A stretch of 64,000 nucleotides of DNA from an uncultured Desulfosarcina sp. (GCA_963674945.2 CAXXWQ010000003.1:1664001-1728000); one strand, 5' to 3'; positions 18,755 through 30,129 are shown, counted from the first letter of the stretch. The notes: generated from the sequence alone by a model not told the origin. Program-made: numbers and translations.

Positions 18755-19777
18755 TTATATCACTCGCCGTAGATAGGGAATCTTATATATTACCCATGAA
18801 GTCAATAAAGATATACAAAACACAATTATTGCAATTGACGGAATTGATACTGCGGGGTTATATTTCAACGGATTTAATCCAACGTACTGAATTGCCTCTA
18901 AGAAGATTGGATGGATTAAATAAACACCCAGAGTCAACGATGATAATGAAACAGTAACTTTTTTCGTATATATCGGGTTATTCCATTTTTTAAGTAGATA
19001 CATAATGCTGACAGACATGGGGATAACGGAAATGCTCAAATTGTCATAGAAATACAATCCAGCATGTAAATCTTCTTTAATTGCAAAGACAAAGCATCCA
19101 ATCGCAGTTATGAAAAATGCTGATATAAATATGCACCATAAAACAAATTTCGATGCATTTTGGTCATAATTCATTATTAGATGACCTAGAAAGAAATATG
19201 GGATATAGGAAAGAAATCGGAAGAAAAAAATCTCAGATCCTATGAAAAATATATTTTTATATATTGCATAAATAATCGAAATTGAAATTGTCAGTACTAC
19301 TAATACCTTTAATTCTCTCCCATTCGAACATTCAGCAATTTTCCGAAAAAAGGGTGTAAATAAATATAATGCAGATATCATATATAAAAACCACATATGA
19401 TAATATGGTTCACCCTTAATCAGTTTATTGAATACTTCTGACATTGACGGAATTTCAAATTTGCTACATATCACTATTTCCTTTATAACACTCCATATGA
19501 TAAAAAAAATTGACCAAAATAAAATAGGTATTAGAATTCTTGAAAGCCTTTTTTTATAAAAAAAAATAAAATCCTCTTTGCTTTTATTTGAATCGAGTAA
19601 AAGTGCGCCACTGATCATAATAAAAACAGGAACACACCATCTAAAAAATGAATTAAATATGTTTCCAATCCACCAATTTCCAGATTCAATATTGCTGTTA
19701 ACTACTACATTCGCTGCCGTATGCACGATTATTACAGCAATGGTTGCCAATACTCTCGAATTATATAACCAAATCAT
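18755..19777 (-). CDS. Acyltransferase-3 family membrane O-acetyltransferase (WecH-like)
   Basis: R..A...VIIVH, VPVFIMISGALL, YHMWFLY, GVYLIH. Confidence 0.9.
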   Translation of the reverse strand: MIWLYNSRVLATIAVIIVHTAANVVVNSNIESGNWWIGNIFNSFFRWCVPVFIMISGALLLDSNKSKEDFIFFYKKRLSRILIPILFWSIFFIIWSVIKEIVICSKFEIPSMSEVFNKLIKGEPYYHMWFLYMISALYLFTPFFRKIAECSNGRELKVLVVLTISISIIYAIYKNIFFIGSEIFFFRFLSYIPYFFLGHLIMNYDQNASKFVLWCIFISAFFITAIGCFVFAIKEDLHAGLYFYDNLSISVIPMSVSIMYLLKKWNNPIYTKKVTVSLSSLTLGVYLIHPIFLEAIQYVGLNPLKYNPAVSIPSIAIIVFCISLLTSWVIYKIPYLRRVI

Positions 19778-19965
19778 CTTTGCGAGTTATCCGCTTCACT
19801 GAAGAAAAATAATTTACCACCTTCATTTGACGATACTATCTCTTACGTTAGGATAAATTCTTTTTTATTCATGTATTTGATTGAATCAAATTCAATTCAC
19901 CACAGATTCGCTTTTAACACTAATTTTTTTTGGAATTGGTTAATTTTCAGTTCCCAAGCAACATT

Positions 19966-21180
19966 CTATGACACCGGTGACCAGAGAGTCCCCAAATCAG
20001 TTGCAAGGGTCTTCAAAGAATAGCGTGACGCAATTTCTAAGCTGACTTTTTCACTTTTTTCCAGTTCGAGTGCCCTGATAAGAGCATTTGCAAATAAAAC
20101 AGGATCTCTTTCTTTAACAATGAAGCCATTTTCACCAGAACGGATCATCTCATCGGCGCCACTCACATCTGTTGAAACGAGCACCTTACCACAGGCTAAC
20201 ATTTCAAGCATCGCAAGAGACCAACCTTCCTTAAAGGATGCAACAGCGCAAACATCCGCAGCATACAGATAACTATAAACCATATTATTCGGAACGAATC
20301 CTGTTATAATAATGTTATTTTCAATGTTTAACGCTCTCGCTCTCATTTGTATTTTCGATCTATCTTCACCATCGCCAACAAAAATCAGCAACCACCTGTT
20401 ATCATAAGCAATCAAATGAGACAACGAATCAAGTAAAAAGCACCAGCCTTTCACCCAAGAGAGCCTGCCACAAGATACAATTATTTTTTTGTCGTTATCT
20501 AAATGTAATGATCCTCGACTATCTGATTTTGAAGCTCTTTTAATATTCTCAATATCCACTCTGGTTGGAAAATGATGAACGATACCCTTGCCTATTTTTC
20601 CCTTGCTACGCAAAACCATTTCGTTTATCGCTTTGTTATCGGCAGCAGCGAGTATTGTTTCAGCATTACTTATATTTAAATCTGAGAACAATTTCATTTC
20701 AAAAATCGACCCAAACGCTCTAGCCCATTTATATCTTGAATTCTCAACCGGATTGCTTACTCCGGAAAAGCAATAACATAAACTATTCCATTTGTATTTT
20801 GAAGCAGCAAAAAGCACTTCAGGAGATTCTATGAATATATTTCTAACACAAGAAGAATATAATTTAGGCATTGCTATTCTGGCATAAATATAAACAATGA
20901 GCCTCAATGGTATGAGAGGTTTTTTAAAATCGGACTGCCTTATCCGACCCATATTAAAAAATTTTATTGTTTTACCATTAAAAGGACGATCAATCCATTT
21001 TCGTAAAGGAAGTCTTTCTCTCGTAACCCCGGCAACGGCAAGCCTTTCCCCAAACGCATGCAACATTTGTTGGGCGAATCTTGCCTGCCCTCCCTTAGGC
21101 TCATCCCAAGGATCCATGCACACACAAAAAAGAGCATCAATTGACATGGCAATTTTCTTTCGAATTAAAAAATAACTCAA
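19966..21180 (-). CDS. GT4 glycosyltransferase
   Basis: GRLSWVKG, VGDG, EGWSLAMLEML. Confidence 0.9.
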   Translation of the reverse strand: MSYFLIRKKIAMSIDALFCVCMDPWDEPKGGQARFAQQMLHAFGERLAVAGVTRERLPLRKWIDRPFNGKTIKFFNMGRIRQSDFKKPLIPLRLIVYIYARIAMPKLYSSCVRNIFIESPEVLFAASKYKWNSLCYCFSGVSNPVENSRYKWARAFGSIFEMKLFSDLNISNAETILAAADNKAINEMVLRSKGKIGKGIVHHFPTRVDIENIKRASKSDSRGSLHLDNDKKIIVSCGRLSWVKGWCFLLDSLSHLIAYDNRWLLIFVGDGEDRSKIQMRARALNIENNIIITGFVPNNMVYSYLYAADVCAVASFKEGWSLAMLEMLACGKVLVSTDVSGADEMIRSGENGFIVKERDPVLFANALIRALELEKSEKVSLEIASRYSLKTLATDLGTLWSPVS

Positions 21181-21208
21181 ATATAAAAAACCGGATAGGA
21201 CCGAATGA

Positions 21209-21970
21209 TTATATTTTTTTCTTTGCCTCGATGGATAGTCGATGAAGAAATTTAGGTGATGAAATGAAATTCCTGCTCCAAAGTCTTCTTGGCTCGCAGA
21301 TTAATCGTGGCAACCACTCAAGGCCTAAACTTTGAAAAAACGGATTTGAACGTTTCACCCTTCCGGAATAAAAATCGAACACCGCACCTACTGCCCCTGC
21401 AAATTTAATATTTAGGTTTCTTCGGTTTTTGAAAAGCCACTTTTCCTGCTTTGGGGCCGTCATGCCAACCCACAATACGTCGGGGGCAGCTTTATTCACG
21501 GCATTTATCATTTCTCTGTCATCCTGCGCAGAAAATGAATTCTTAAATGGCGGTGAATATGCGCCAGCTATTGTCAGGCCAGGCCAGTCAATACGAATTT
21601 TATTACAGATTTCCATCAGATTGGTCTCTGTTGAACCCAAAAAAAATATCTTTGCGCCAGTACGATTTAGTCTTTCATGGAGACCGTAAAATATATCGCT
21701 ACCAGTTATTCGTTTATTTATCCGGCCCCCAAGAATTCGTGAGGCCAATACAATTCCTGCTCCATCAGGAATAAGCCAGTCAGAATCATATAGCGACTTT
21801 GAAAATTCACAATCATCGATAGAAACCACATAGGAGTGGGGATTAATGCATGATAGAATCCTGCAGCCCTTTCCTCCTTCTATCCAACGCACAATATTAT
21901 CTAATACATTTTGAAGGTCTGAAGCTACCACATGATAGCCCATTATGTCTTCAGTCAAGAAAGTGTTCAA
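21209..21970 (-). CDS. WecG/TagA/CpsF family glycosyltransferase
   Basis: PDGAG, RITGSD, WVGMTAPKQE, GLEWLPRL..EPRRL. Confidence 0.95.
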   Translation of the reverse strand: MNTFLTEDIMGYHVVASDLQNVLDNIVRWIEGGKGCRILSCINPHSYVVSIDDCEFSKSLYDSDWLIPDGAGIVLASRILGGRINKRITGSDIFYGLHERLNRTGAKIFFLGSTETNLMEICNKIRIDWPGLTIAGAYSPPFKNSFSAQDDREMINAVNKAAPDVLWVGMTAPKQEKWLFKNRRNLNIKFAGAVGAVFDFYSGRVKRSNPFFQSLGLEWLPRLICEPRRLWSRNFISSPKFLHRLSIEAKKKI

Positions 21971-22007
21971 TTTTTGAGCTCTCTATGTATATGTTTTCAT
22001 CAACATT

Positions 22008-23276
22008 CTAATTTGTTTGGTTTGTACCGAATACAATATGATCTTTTGAAAGATGACTATTTTTAATGGCAACATTTTTTTTCTCGCCTTCAAAACTGTC
22101 CATCAAACCAATGATCATCCAGAAGAATTGGGCCGTGGGAAGGGAATAAGTTATAACACCGGTAACGAAATTCATAAAAACAATTGAAACTATCATTCCT
22201 GCATAGAAAAATTTCATCTTAATTTCAATATTCGCCGTAAACACACTCTTGATAACTGCGAAATGAATCAACAAATAAATGGAAAGCCCGATTACACCTG
22301 TTTGCATCAACAAATGAAGGTAGTCATTATGGGAGGACCAAATCTCCCAGTCCTGCCCAAAAACATGGTTTGAACCAACTCCAAGCCCCCGACCTAACAT
22401 TTTTTCATAAAAACTATATCTTAGAAAAAGTCCGATGTTATGCGCCCAAATTGTGGATCTGCCACTCGAAGCAGTTTTAATTTGAATTTCATTGGTTTTA
22501 AAAAGAAGTTGCTGCAGAAAATCAATATTCAAAATTAATACGATAAGCGAAACGAATAAAAACAGAAAAAAATACTTTTTATTCAACCCTAAGAGACAAA
22601 AGGACCACAAGAGAAAGGTGCCAATTAAGATACTTCTTGCGTATGACTTAAAGATACAATAAAAAGAAACAAGCAACATCAAGAAAAGAGCGTACTGAGC
22701 ATACCTCTTCGTAACACCTATAGTTATCGCTTTTATGTAGTAAAATGCTGTAAAAAAGAAGAGTGCACCTGCCATTATATGGATTTTAGAGAACAGCCCG
22801 GAATATCTCTCTAAGCCCGTTATATAGTCAACTTGGCTGACGGATACACCTCTGAGAATCTCGTAGAAACTCCCAAAAACGGGAATTAGGTAAGAAACAA
22901 TCAAAATTGTTACCATTAAGTTAACTTCTTTTTGATTCGTAACGAATATTCGCGTTGAAAAATAAATCACGAATGGCAAAACAATTTGGGAAACTACACG
23001 CACCTGCGAACCCCATAAGACACTAAAAACACAATATGTACAAAATAATATTATTAATAATGAAGTTAAATCGTATTTTAATTTACCTATATTAAATAAA
23101 ACAAAAATCATCAACAAATATGATATCGTTATTGCGAATAGCTCTAAAATGCTAAAACCGACAATTCCAAAATCCATTTTTATTAATGTTATTGGCCTAA
23201 GAGCACAAAAAAACAATAAAATAAAAACACCAATTTTAAAGGTTGCGGTATTTAGTATTCTTTGATTTTTCTGCAT
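22008..23276 (-). CDS. O-antigen ligase / Wzy polymerase family membrane protein
   Basis: Multi-TM; R.SG.F, SSGR..IW, G.G.G, HNDYL...G.IG motifs. Confidence 0.85.
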   Translation of the reverse strand: MQKNQRILNTATFKIGVFILLFFCALRPITLIKMDFGIVGFSILELFAITISYLLMIFVLFNIGKLKYDLTSLLIILFCTYCVFSVLWGSQVRVVSQIVLPFVIYFSTRIFVTNQKEVNLMVTILIVSYLIPVFGSFYEILRGVSVSQVDYITGLERYSGLFSKIHIMAGALFFFTAFYYIKAITIGVTKRYAQYALFLMLLVSFYCIFKSYARSILIGTFLLWSFCLLGLNKKYFFLFLFVSLIVLILNIDFLQQLLFKTNEIQIKTASSGRSTIWAHNIGLFLRYSFYEKMLGRGLGVGSNHVFGQDWEIWSSHNDYLHLLMQTGVIGLSIYLLIHFAVIKSVFTANIEIKMKFFYAGMIVSIVFMNFVTGVITYSLPTAQFFWMIIGLMDSFEGEKKNVAIKNSHLSKDHIVFGTNQTN

Positions 23277-23528
23277 ATTTTCTTCTATCAGACTATCCTA
23301 ATTTAATTTATTTTTAATTTAAAACTTGGTAAAAATCGGAAACAACAAAATATTGATTATGAGACAGATGGTACGTAATACGATCTTGTTCAACCAACAA
23401 GCGAAAGTGTCATCATTGCCGGTTTATGGCATTGAGAATATATGGCAACACTTTCGTGTGTAAGAATTTGTTATACAGAAAAGAGCTCCATGAAAAAGAA
23501 AAAAGTTCAAACGGAACGAAGAGATATT

Positions 23529-23561
23529 CCCGCTGCCTGTCGAGTTTTGACAGACAGCGGG
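23529..23561 (-). terminator. GC-rich hairpin downstream of the secreted-protein gene
   Basis: 13-bp stem (one G-U on the minus strand) with 7-nt loop; no adjacent U-tract. Confidence 0.35.
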
Positions 23562-23615
23562 GGAAATGGACGCCGTCGCTTGGACAGCCTTGCGGACGGG
23601 ATATATTACGTAAAA

Positions 23616-25334
23616 TTATTGAATAATACTGATTTGCACGCCGTTAGGAGGAACCAAAGCATTTAGCTTATTCGAACCCCAGTTCGAAAAATATTGACTG
23701 ACATGTACGGTAGGGTCGCTTTGCAATATTTTAACATTCGCTCCTGTAGCAACAACGCCCTTGCTGTTATTGCTTACATATACATGGCAGTTGTTCAACG
23801 TCAGGCCGTAGGACAGCGTATTATTATAGTAGGCGTTGTTACGGTTGATAAACGGCCATGGGGTTCGCCCGGAATGCACCGCTGACTTATCGTATACCAT
23901 CTCGATTAAACCATAACAGCTGTTTCCTCTGATGATGTTGAACGCAGAGAGAGTGTTGCCATAGGTTTGGGTAATACTTCCTGAGGATTGATTAAGGGAG
24001 TGAAGAGACCGAGTAGTGACACTCAGCCCGGGTGAATAGGCTATTGCATCCATTGAGTTGTTTTCTATTAGGTTCTCAAGTGTCACACCCTCAAACAGGA
24101 TGGCATCTGTAGCAAAACCGACATATCCACTGCCGGCATAGGTATTGTGATGTATCCAATTATGTCTTAGTACAAGAGAAATGATGATATAGTCACCAGG
24201 ATCCAACCCGGGAAATAGCGTTGATACATTATCCGCAAACGTAAACGTTGCGTTGTCTTGTGATCGTATCATCGCATGCCTTCCAAAGGAGCCGTCTTCA
24301 TCGTCCACGGATATCATATAAAAGCCGGAATACCTGTTTCCCGCCGCAGCCCAACCGGAATGTGATAATGTGAGTTTGTTTCCGCTTATACTGGCTACCG
24401 TGTCACGCTCGACTGTTGGGATTGCTTCAGGCTCATGACCGGGATCCGATGTTATTCCCTCCTCACACCGTCTTACGATATGGTTGTAGGCGATTTCATT
24501 GTTTTCCATGTTTCCGTCGGGATCAATGGCATATGCCCCTGACGATGGGATATCCACCTTACCATCCACATTCCAATCCCTTTTATGGATCAGAATAGGC
24601 CCTGTAAAACCACCATCTATAGAGTTAGAATTAATTTTATTTCTAGAACCTGCATGCATGGCGAAGAATCGACTCCGTCCATAGCATGGCACACTTGCAT
24701 CCCAATTGGCATGATAACTCTTAAACCAGTTCCCAACCACTTCTGAATCACAAACAAAACCAAAATACACGGACGGACTATCAACATAAAAGGATCCGTA
24801 AAAAGCATTCCGCTTTATCTCCAGGCCGGTTATTTTTTTGTGAGACGGCGACGTAGGGGCCGCATGAATTGTATACGGGGCAGCCACATACCTTCCATCT
24901 CCGCCATCATACCCGAACCGCCCATCATATATTTTAACATTATTAACCCATGCGTTAATTCTCGTATTTCTAAATACCGGTTCGATCGTCTTATCGCCGT
25001 TAACAGGATCAAAATCGCCATTCTCATAGAAATCCAGCGTGATTCCCATTACGGGAGTCAGATTATACGCTTCGCTGCTCCAAATTCCTTTTGGATAAAC
25101 CACATCATCAGGGTCTAGTTTACTGGCACTGTCGGAGGTCGACCAGTTACCCGGGTCGTTAAAATTACTGGCAGACATGGCGTTTGCAACGGTTGTCGGC
25201 ACAGTATTCCATGTACCTGTATCTCCTGAATTACTTCCAGCACCGGTAGGGCTTAAATAGTAGTATTGCGTCGTTGCGAATGCAGAGGATGCAGAAAACA
25301 GACATAAAATCAGTAGAAAAATTTTTTTGATCAT
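23616..25334 (-). CDS. Secreted protein, probable right-handed parallel beta-helix
   Basis: Signal peptide MIKKIFLLILCLFSASSAFA, YYLSPTGAG start, repeated Asn-ladder strands (NEIAYN, NWIHHN, NLIENN, NIIRGN). Confidence 0.65.
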   Translation of the reverse strand: MIKKIFLLILCLFSASSAFATTQYYYLSPTGAGSNSGDTGTWNTVPTTVANAMSASNFNDPGNWSTSDSASKLDPDDVVYPKGIWSSEAYNLTPVMGITLDFYENGDFDPVNGDKTIEPVFRNTRINAWVNNVKIYDGRFGYDGGDGRYVAAPYTIHAAPTSPSHKKITGLEIKRNAFYGSFYVDSPSVYFGFVCDSEVVGNWFKSYHANWDASVPCYGRSRFFAMHAGSRNKINSNSIDGGFTGPILIHKRDWNVDGKVDIPSSGAYAIDPDGNMENNEIAYNHIVRRCEEGITSDPGHEPEAIPTVERDTVASISGNKLTLSHSGWAAAGNRYSGFYMISVDDEDGSFGRHAMIRSQDNATFTFADNVSTLFPGLDPGDYIIISLVLRHNWIHHNTYAGSGYVGFATDAILFEGVTLENLIENNSMDAIAYSPGLSVTTRSLHSLNQSSGSITQTYGNTLSAFNIIRGNSCYGLIEMVYDKSAVHSGRTPWPFINRNNAYYNNTLSYGLTLNNCHVYVSNNSKGVVATGANVKILQSDPTVHVSQYFSNWGSNKLNALVPPNGVQISIIQ

Positions 25335-25529
25335 TTTTTTGTACCTTGTTAGAACAATAATTTTATCACAATTTGTGCACATTTATGATAATTCGTATGC
25401 AAGTTTTTGCATTTTTTTAAATGCTGGAATCTTATTTTTTGAATTCAATACAGAATCCAATTTAGCGTAATTGTAGCTCATGATTAAAACCTTCATATCG
25501 TTAATTTGTTGTATTCGGTCACAACATTA

Positions 25530-25546
25530 AGCATGATTGATGCCAA
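25530..25546 (-). promoter_or_regulatory. Sigma-54 promoter motif upstream of the secreted beta-helix gene
   Basis: Minus strand TTGGCATCAATCATGCT = TGGCA..GC with N10 spacing. Confidence 0.65.
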
Positions 25547-25921
25547 AAACCATAAGAAACAATCAATCAGGGATTAGTTTGATAGATCCTTATGGATGAA
25601 CCAGGCTCCTTTTCCTTTTTGACGGTACGCAGTCCTTCATTTCCGGATTGAAAGTTAATGAAAGACATTCGAAAAGAGAGAACCTTGTCCTTTCGCCAGC
25701 CTGTATAAGATCGTTTTTGCATCCGGATCTTCCAAACAGGCGAATATAATCGCGCGCATTACATTGTTATAGTGACTTATCGATCGCCCTGTTTTAAACT
25801 TGAGGCCTTTGCACAACCACGATAGAATTTACACGCAGGCTGATTGCTGGCCGAGGATGTGTTCCCACTGAAAAATTCACAAGGGCGGGAACCTGAATGG
25901 TTTCTGGATGTATGATCGCAA

Positions 25922-26914
25922 TTAAAGGGGATGCCGTTTTAATCGTTGCATAAAAGCAAAAAACCGCCATTTGGCCAGTCGTAACAGATCAAAAATGATT
26001 GATGGGATGTAGCTTAGCAGCATCCAAAATCTTTTTTCGGTTGCGGATCCGTTGCTCATGACCTTTGCCAACACTCGTCTTCCTTCCTCGGGCTTCCCTG
26101 ATGTAATAAATAGCTTTGCATACCCGATCTTCCGTTTCGCGACATATTCGATCAGATCATTGCGCAAATGGTCTGGAACAACGCGAGACTTCAGCGCCAA
26201 CTCGGCTCTTTTCAAATATGGCAATTTTTCCACGTACACGGTCACGGCATCGGTCCGGTTGACAGCATCCTGGTGATAGACCGCCAAGGGATAATTGCTG
26301 TAGGCAATCGGGAATCGAAGCGCGATCCTGAGCCACATGTCCAAGTCCTCCCCAAGATTCTGGCCGACCTGAAATCCACCGATGACATGAAAGACATATT
26401 TCGGGATGGCCACGGCCGATGTGTGCAGGACGTGCATGCCGAATGAAGCCCTAAAGTAACTCGGCAAAATCCCCTCCCAACCCTTGGGAATCCCGGCGTA
26501 TGAAGGAAAATATGTTTTTCCGCTACGGACCGGCGTTTCGTATGAAGTACCGAACGCGCCAGCATGTGGGAAACGATTGCGAAGATATATAATTTTCTCA
26601 AGGAATCCGGGTTTCCATTCATCGTCAGCATCCAGAAAGGCAATCAGATCTGATCTGGACTTACGAATTCCATAATTACGGGCTGCGGATACGCCCTGAT
26701 TTTCTTGACTTATAACTTCAATGCGTCGATCCGGTATCGCCGAAACGATCGCTTTTCCGTTGTCCGTTGAACCGTCATCGATCACTATTATTTCAATATG
26801 TTGGATATTTTGCGCCAATACCGAAGAAATTGTGCGCTCGATATGAGGTTCCTTGTTATAAAGGGGAACGACCACCGATATTTCCGGTTGAGGATGAGGC
26901 ATGATTTTCGTCAA
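25922..26914 (-). CDS. GT2 glycosyltransferase
   Basis: SVVVPLYN, DDGSTD, GVSAARN, FLDADD, GED. Confidence 0.93.
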   Translation of the reverse strand: MTKIMPHPQPEISVVVPLYNKEPHIERTISSVLAQNIQHIEIIVIDDGSTDNGKAIVSAIPDRRIEVISQENQGVSAARNYGIRKSRSDLIAFLDADDEWKPGFLEKIIYLRNRFPHAGAFGTSYETPVRSGKTYFPSYAGIPKGWEGILPSYFRASFGMHVLHTSAVAIPKYVFHVIGGFQVGQNLGEDLDMWLRIALRFPIAYSNYPLAVYHQDAVNRTDAVTVYVEKLPYLKRAELALKSRVVPDHLRNDLIEYVAKRKIGYAKLFITSGKPEEGRRVLAKVMSNGSATEKRFWMLLSYIPSIIFDLLRLAKWRFFAFMQRLKRHPL

Positions 26915-26996
26915 TAATGGAAATAAATGTTTTTTGTTATCAGTGCATTACAACGATGCGGAAAAAGATGACCGACTGGGATAGTATGATACCGTA

Positions 26997-27959
26997 TCAG
27001 GCACTCGTAATCTTTCTAAATCCTCTCATCAGGCCAATCATTGGATTTATGTTTTTTTCCTTAATTGTCCAATACAAACCGATGAACAAGACTCCCACGT
27101 TACTCCACAAATAAAAGAGCCAATCCAAATTGGATTTTTTTATTAGTTTCTTGAAAACATAATTATGGTTAAGGACCGTCATCTCAAAATATCTTTTTAA
27201 GTTAATCCTTTGTGATGGGGAGTGATGGTGTACCAACTTGGCATCTGAAACATACATCAGCTTGTACTTCTGGCTAATTCGATATGAAAATTCAGCGTCC
27301 TCCATTAGACTATATCCTTCGAAATATTCATCAAATAAAAAGTCTTCAAAAACGTTTTTCCGATAAAACATATTGCATCCCGATAATATTCGAGTAAATC
27401 GGTTCCTATTTGATGCTTGGCCGCTAATGAAGTTTGGGAATCCGGCTTTCGTTATAGACCCGACATTGCTATTACGATTGAACATAAATATTTTGTAATA
27501 AAGACTTTCGCTCGTTTTTCTTTTTGGCAAGTTTAAAATATTTCCTGTAGCACCATAAATTGAACTATAATCTTCAAAACATGATGCAATTTCATATAAG
27601 TACATCTTCTCTAAGATGACATCATCATCAAGAAACCCAATTATATCTCCTGTGGCTTTTGCGATACCAATATTTCTTTGTCGCGTAAGGCCTGGATTTG
27701 TTTTAATATATTGAACATTGAACGGGTTATTGGTTATATAATTACGAACGATCTCTTTGGAAGAGTTGTCATGGCTTGCATCAACGATAATTACTTCATG
27801 CGGAAAATAATTTTGATTTTCAATCGAGCGTAAACATTCCTTCAAATCGTTTGGACGATTCATTGTGCATACAACGATAGAAATGGTAACACATTTTTTC
27901 GTATTTCTGTATTCCATGATTTCTTCTTTTTCAATCGGCTGATCTTTTTCTACAAACAT
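26997..27959 (-). CDS. GT2 glycosyltransferase
   Basis: SIVVCTMNR, QRNIG, FLDDD, GCNM, MED. Confidence 0.92.
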   Translation of the reverse strand: MFVEKDQPIEKEEIMEYRNTKKCVTISIVVCTMNRPNDLKECLRSIENQNYFPHEVIIVDASHDNSSKEIVRNYITNNPFNVQYIKTNPGLTRQRNIGIAKATGDIIGFLDDDVILEKMYLYEIASCFEDYSSIYGATGNILNLPKRKTSESLYYKIFMFNRNSNVGSITKAGFPNFISGQASNRNRFTRILSGCNMFYRKNVFEDFLFDEYFEGYSLMEDAEFSYRISQKYKLMYVSDAKLVHHHSPSQRINLKRYFEMTVLNHNYVFKKLIKKSNLDWLFYLWSNVGVLFIGLYWTIKEKNINPMIGLMRGFRKITSA

Positions 27960-27971
27960 AATACCCTTTAG

Positions 27972-29099
27972 TTATTCTATAAATACCACTTCTTTTACCG
28001 CATCTAAGAATTCGTAACCATACTTTAAGTCCGGTTCAAGATAATTACCTTCTGCCCACTCGTTCCACGATTTTATAAAGACGATTTTTTTTTCATTTTC
28101 CAGGTGACCTATCTGTTTAATAGCCGTCTGAAGATGTTTTCTGAAAAGAACAGGTGTGGCATTTCGAAAAACGATTCCATTGTAACCGCTTCGTGGTGTA
28201 TTATCCCAATTGGGCATTACACTCGGGAAATGATTTACTTCACCGCTTAACCTCGGAAAACCAGCATGAACGAAATCCCTATAGGAATAAATAAAGGGCT
28301 TACGTAGAAACTTTAGCTGAGGAAGTTCTGCAAGATGTCGAATCGCCTTCTTTGTAAAAATTTTTCCGGTTTTAGCCAATCCATTGCCGTTCTTTGCGAT
28401 TTTACTTAGTGCAAGTGGTAAAATATCCATGAAGGTCCCATCAAAACCATCCTTTACAGGTGACCATGGGCGGGAATCTATCTTTCCGACAAAGTACAAT
28501 CCTTTTAAACCGGCCTTTACAGCCAGTTCGCGCCAATGATCTGTAAATTCTCTTCTCGGTACAGGGATTTCCAAAGGGTTGTACACAACGAACAAGGGTT
28601 TTCCGTCAACCTTGATATAGCGCTCGTCTCCGAAAGCATCCAAAAGAGCATAAAAGTGCGTCTCGTAATCCTGTTTTCCCGGATAGGTCTGTTCCATAAG
28701 AATTCGATTCGGTGCGCCATGCCAAATACCCGTCCAGGTCTGATTGGCCCACGCCAAACAAAAGGGAAAGTCCGGCTGCCCTGAATTCAACACCTCATTG
28801 AAGGGTCTTTCCAGTAGCCGCTTTCCCGCAAACCAATAGTGCCAATAACAAAACCCCTCGACACCGTATTTTCTTGCCATTTCCGCCTGGGCAAGCCGTG
28901 TTTCCGGAACCCGTAAGTCGTAAAACCCGAGATCCGCCGGCACATGGGGCTGATAGTGGCCCGAAAACAATGGTCTGGCCTTGGCCACGTTCGTCCATTC
29001 GGTAAACCCTGTTCCCCACCAACGATCATTTTCTGGGATGGGGTGAAATTGTGGAAGATAAAATGCGATCAACCTCGCTTTGGTTTGTTCTTTTTCCAT
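27972..29099 (-). CDS. WbsX / glycoside hydrolase 99-like domain protein
   Basis: AFYLPQFH, WWG.GFTEW, DLGFYDLR, WDNTPR, SWNEWAEG.YLEPD. Confidence 0.92.
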   Translation of the reverse strand: MEKEQTKARLIAFYLPQFHPIPENDRWWGTGFTEWTNVAKARPLFSGHYQPHVPADLGFYDLRVPETRLAQAEMARKYGVEGFCYWHYWFAGKRLLERPFNEVLNSGQPDFPFCLAWANQTWTGIWHGAPNRILMEQTYPGKQDYETHFYALLDAFGDERYIKVDGKPLFVVYNPLEIPVPRREFTDHWRELAVKAGLKGLYFVGKIDSRPWSPVKDGFDGTFMDILPLALSKIAKNGNGLAKTGKIFTKKAIRHLAELPQLKFLRKPFIYSYRDFVHAGFPRLSGEVNHFPSVMPNWDNTPRSGYNGIVFRNATPVLFRKHLQTAIKQIGHLENEKKIVFIKSWNEWAEGNYLEPDLKYGYEFLDAVKEVVFIE

Positions 29100-29109
29100 T
29101 TGGTTCGAT

Positions 29110-30090
29110 TCAACTCCTGACTTTCCTAAAATTTCTCCGTCCTACATCGATCAGAAAATTCCAAAATGAAGCCCGTGCCACGATTGCCGGTTCAAACTGA
29201 AAGGCAGTCATAAGAAAGTTAAGGCCTTGCTTTGGGCGTCCCTGATGCAAATGCCAAATCCCCTTGCCCAATGCCCGCACGGAAAATGCCGTTTTCACTG
29301 ATTTTTTCAACGTTCTGCAGTCGGGAATCCGATCTTTGTGTTGGTCAAGAATCATTTTGGAACCGATGTAATGTTCCTTTAAACCGGGAAGATTCAGCCC
29401 CTCCTCATCGTTAATGGCAGTGCTCGTCATCAGGCTGTGCAACCGATACTTCACCAGTCGCTCGCCAATGCAAGCCACATCATGGTGCAACATCATACGC
29501 ATCCACATTTCGCTGTCATTGACATTAACAAATTCTGGATTAAATCCACCCAATTCGCGGTAGCAATCTCGCCGAGCCATGACCGCACCGATAAAAACCG
29601 ATGCGCCGATGGGCATCTTGAGTATGTATTCTTCGAAAAACCGGCTGCCCTTTACGATATAGTCTCTATCTGCATCGAATTTCGTCAGTTCGAGCGGGGC
29701 ACCGTCTTGGTCAATGAATCCGACATCGGAATGGACAAAGCCGACAGATGGATTTTCGTCCAGGATGCGGACCTTTTTTTCCAAATTTTCCGGGAGCATG
29801 ATGTCATCGTGGTGTAAGATGTTCACATATTGTCCATCGGCAAGTTCCAAACTGCGATTGGCGTTTCCCACCAATCCCAAATTTTTTTCGTTGCAATGGT
29901 ACGTTATTCTTGGATCATCGAAACTGCGGACGACGTCAGCAGTATTGTCGGTGGAACAATTATCACACACAATAAGATTAAAGTTGGTATATGTCTGCGA
30001 TAATACGGATCGAATTGATTGAGCGATCAAACTAGCGCCATTATAGACAGGCATACAGACACTAACCTTCGATGTGCCGTCACTGGGCAT
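29110..30090 (-). CDS. GT2 glycosyltransferase
   Basis: VSVCMPVYN, DNCSTD, NLG...N, HHDD. Confidence 0.92.
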   Translation of the reverse strand: MPSDGTSKVSVCMPVYNGASLIAQSIRSVLSQTYTNFNLIVCDNCSTDNTADVVRSFDDPRITYHCNEKNLGLVGNANRSLELADGQYVNILHHDDIMLPENLEKKVRILDENPSVGFVHSDVGFIDQDGAPLELTKFDADRDYIVKGSRFFEEYILKMPIGASVFIGAVMARRDCYRELGGFNPEFVNVNDSEMWMRMMLHHDVACIGERLVKYRLHSLMTSTAINDEEGLNLPGLKEHYIGSKMILDQHKDRIPDCRTLKKSVKTAFSVRALGKGIWHLHQGRPKQGLNFLMTAFQFEPAIVARASFWNFLIDVGRRNFRKVRS

Positions 30091-30129
30091 GAAACAGTAC
30101 TCCTTTCGGTGGACTGAACGGATTAGAAA

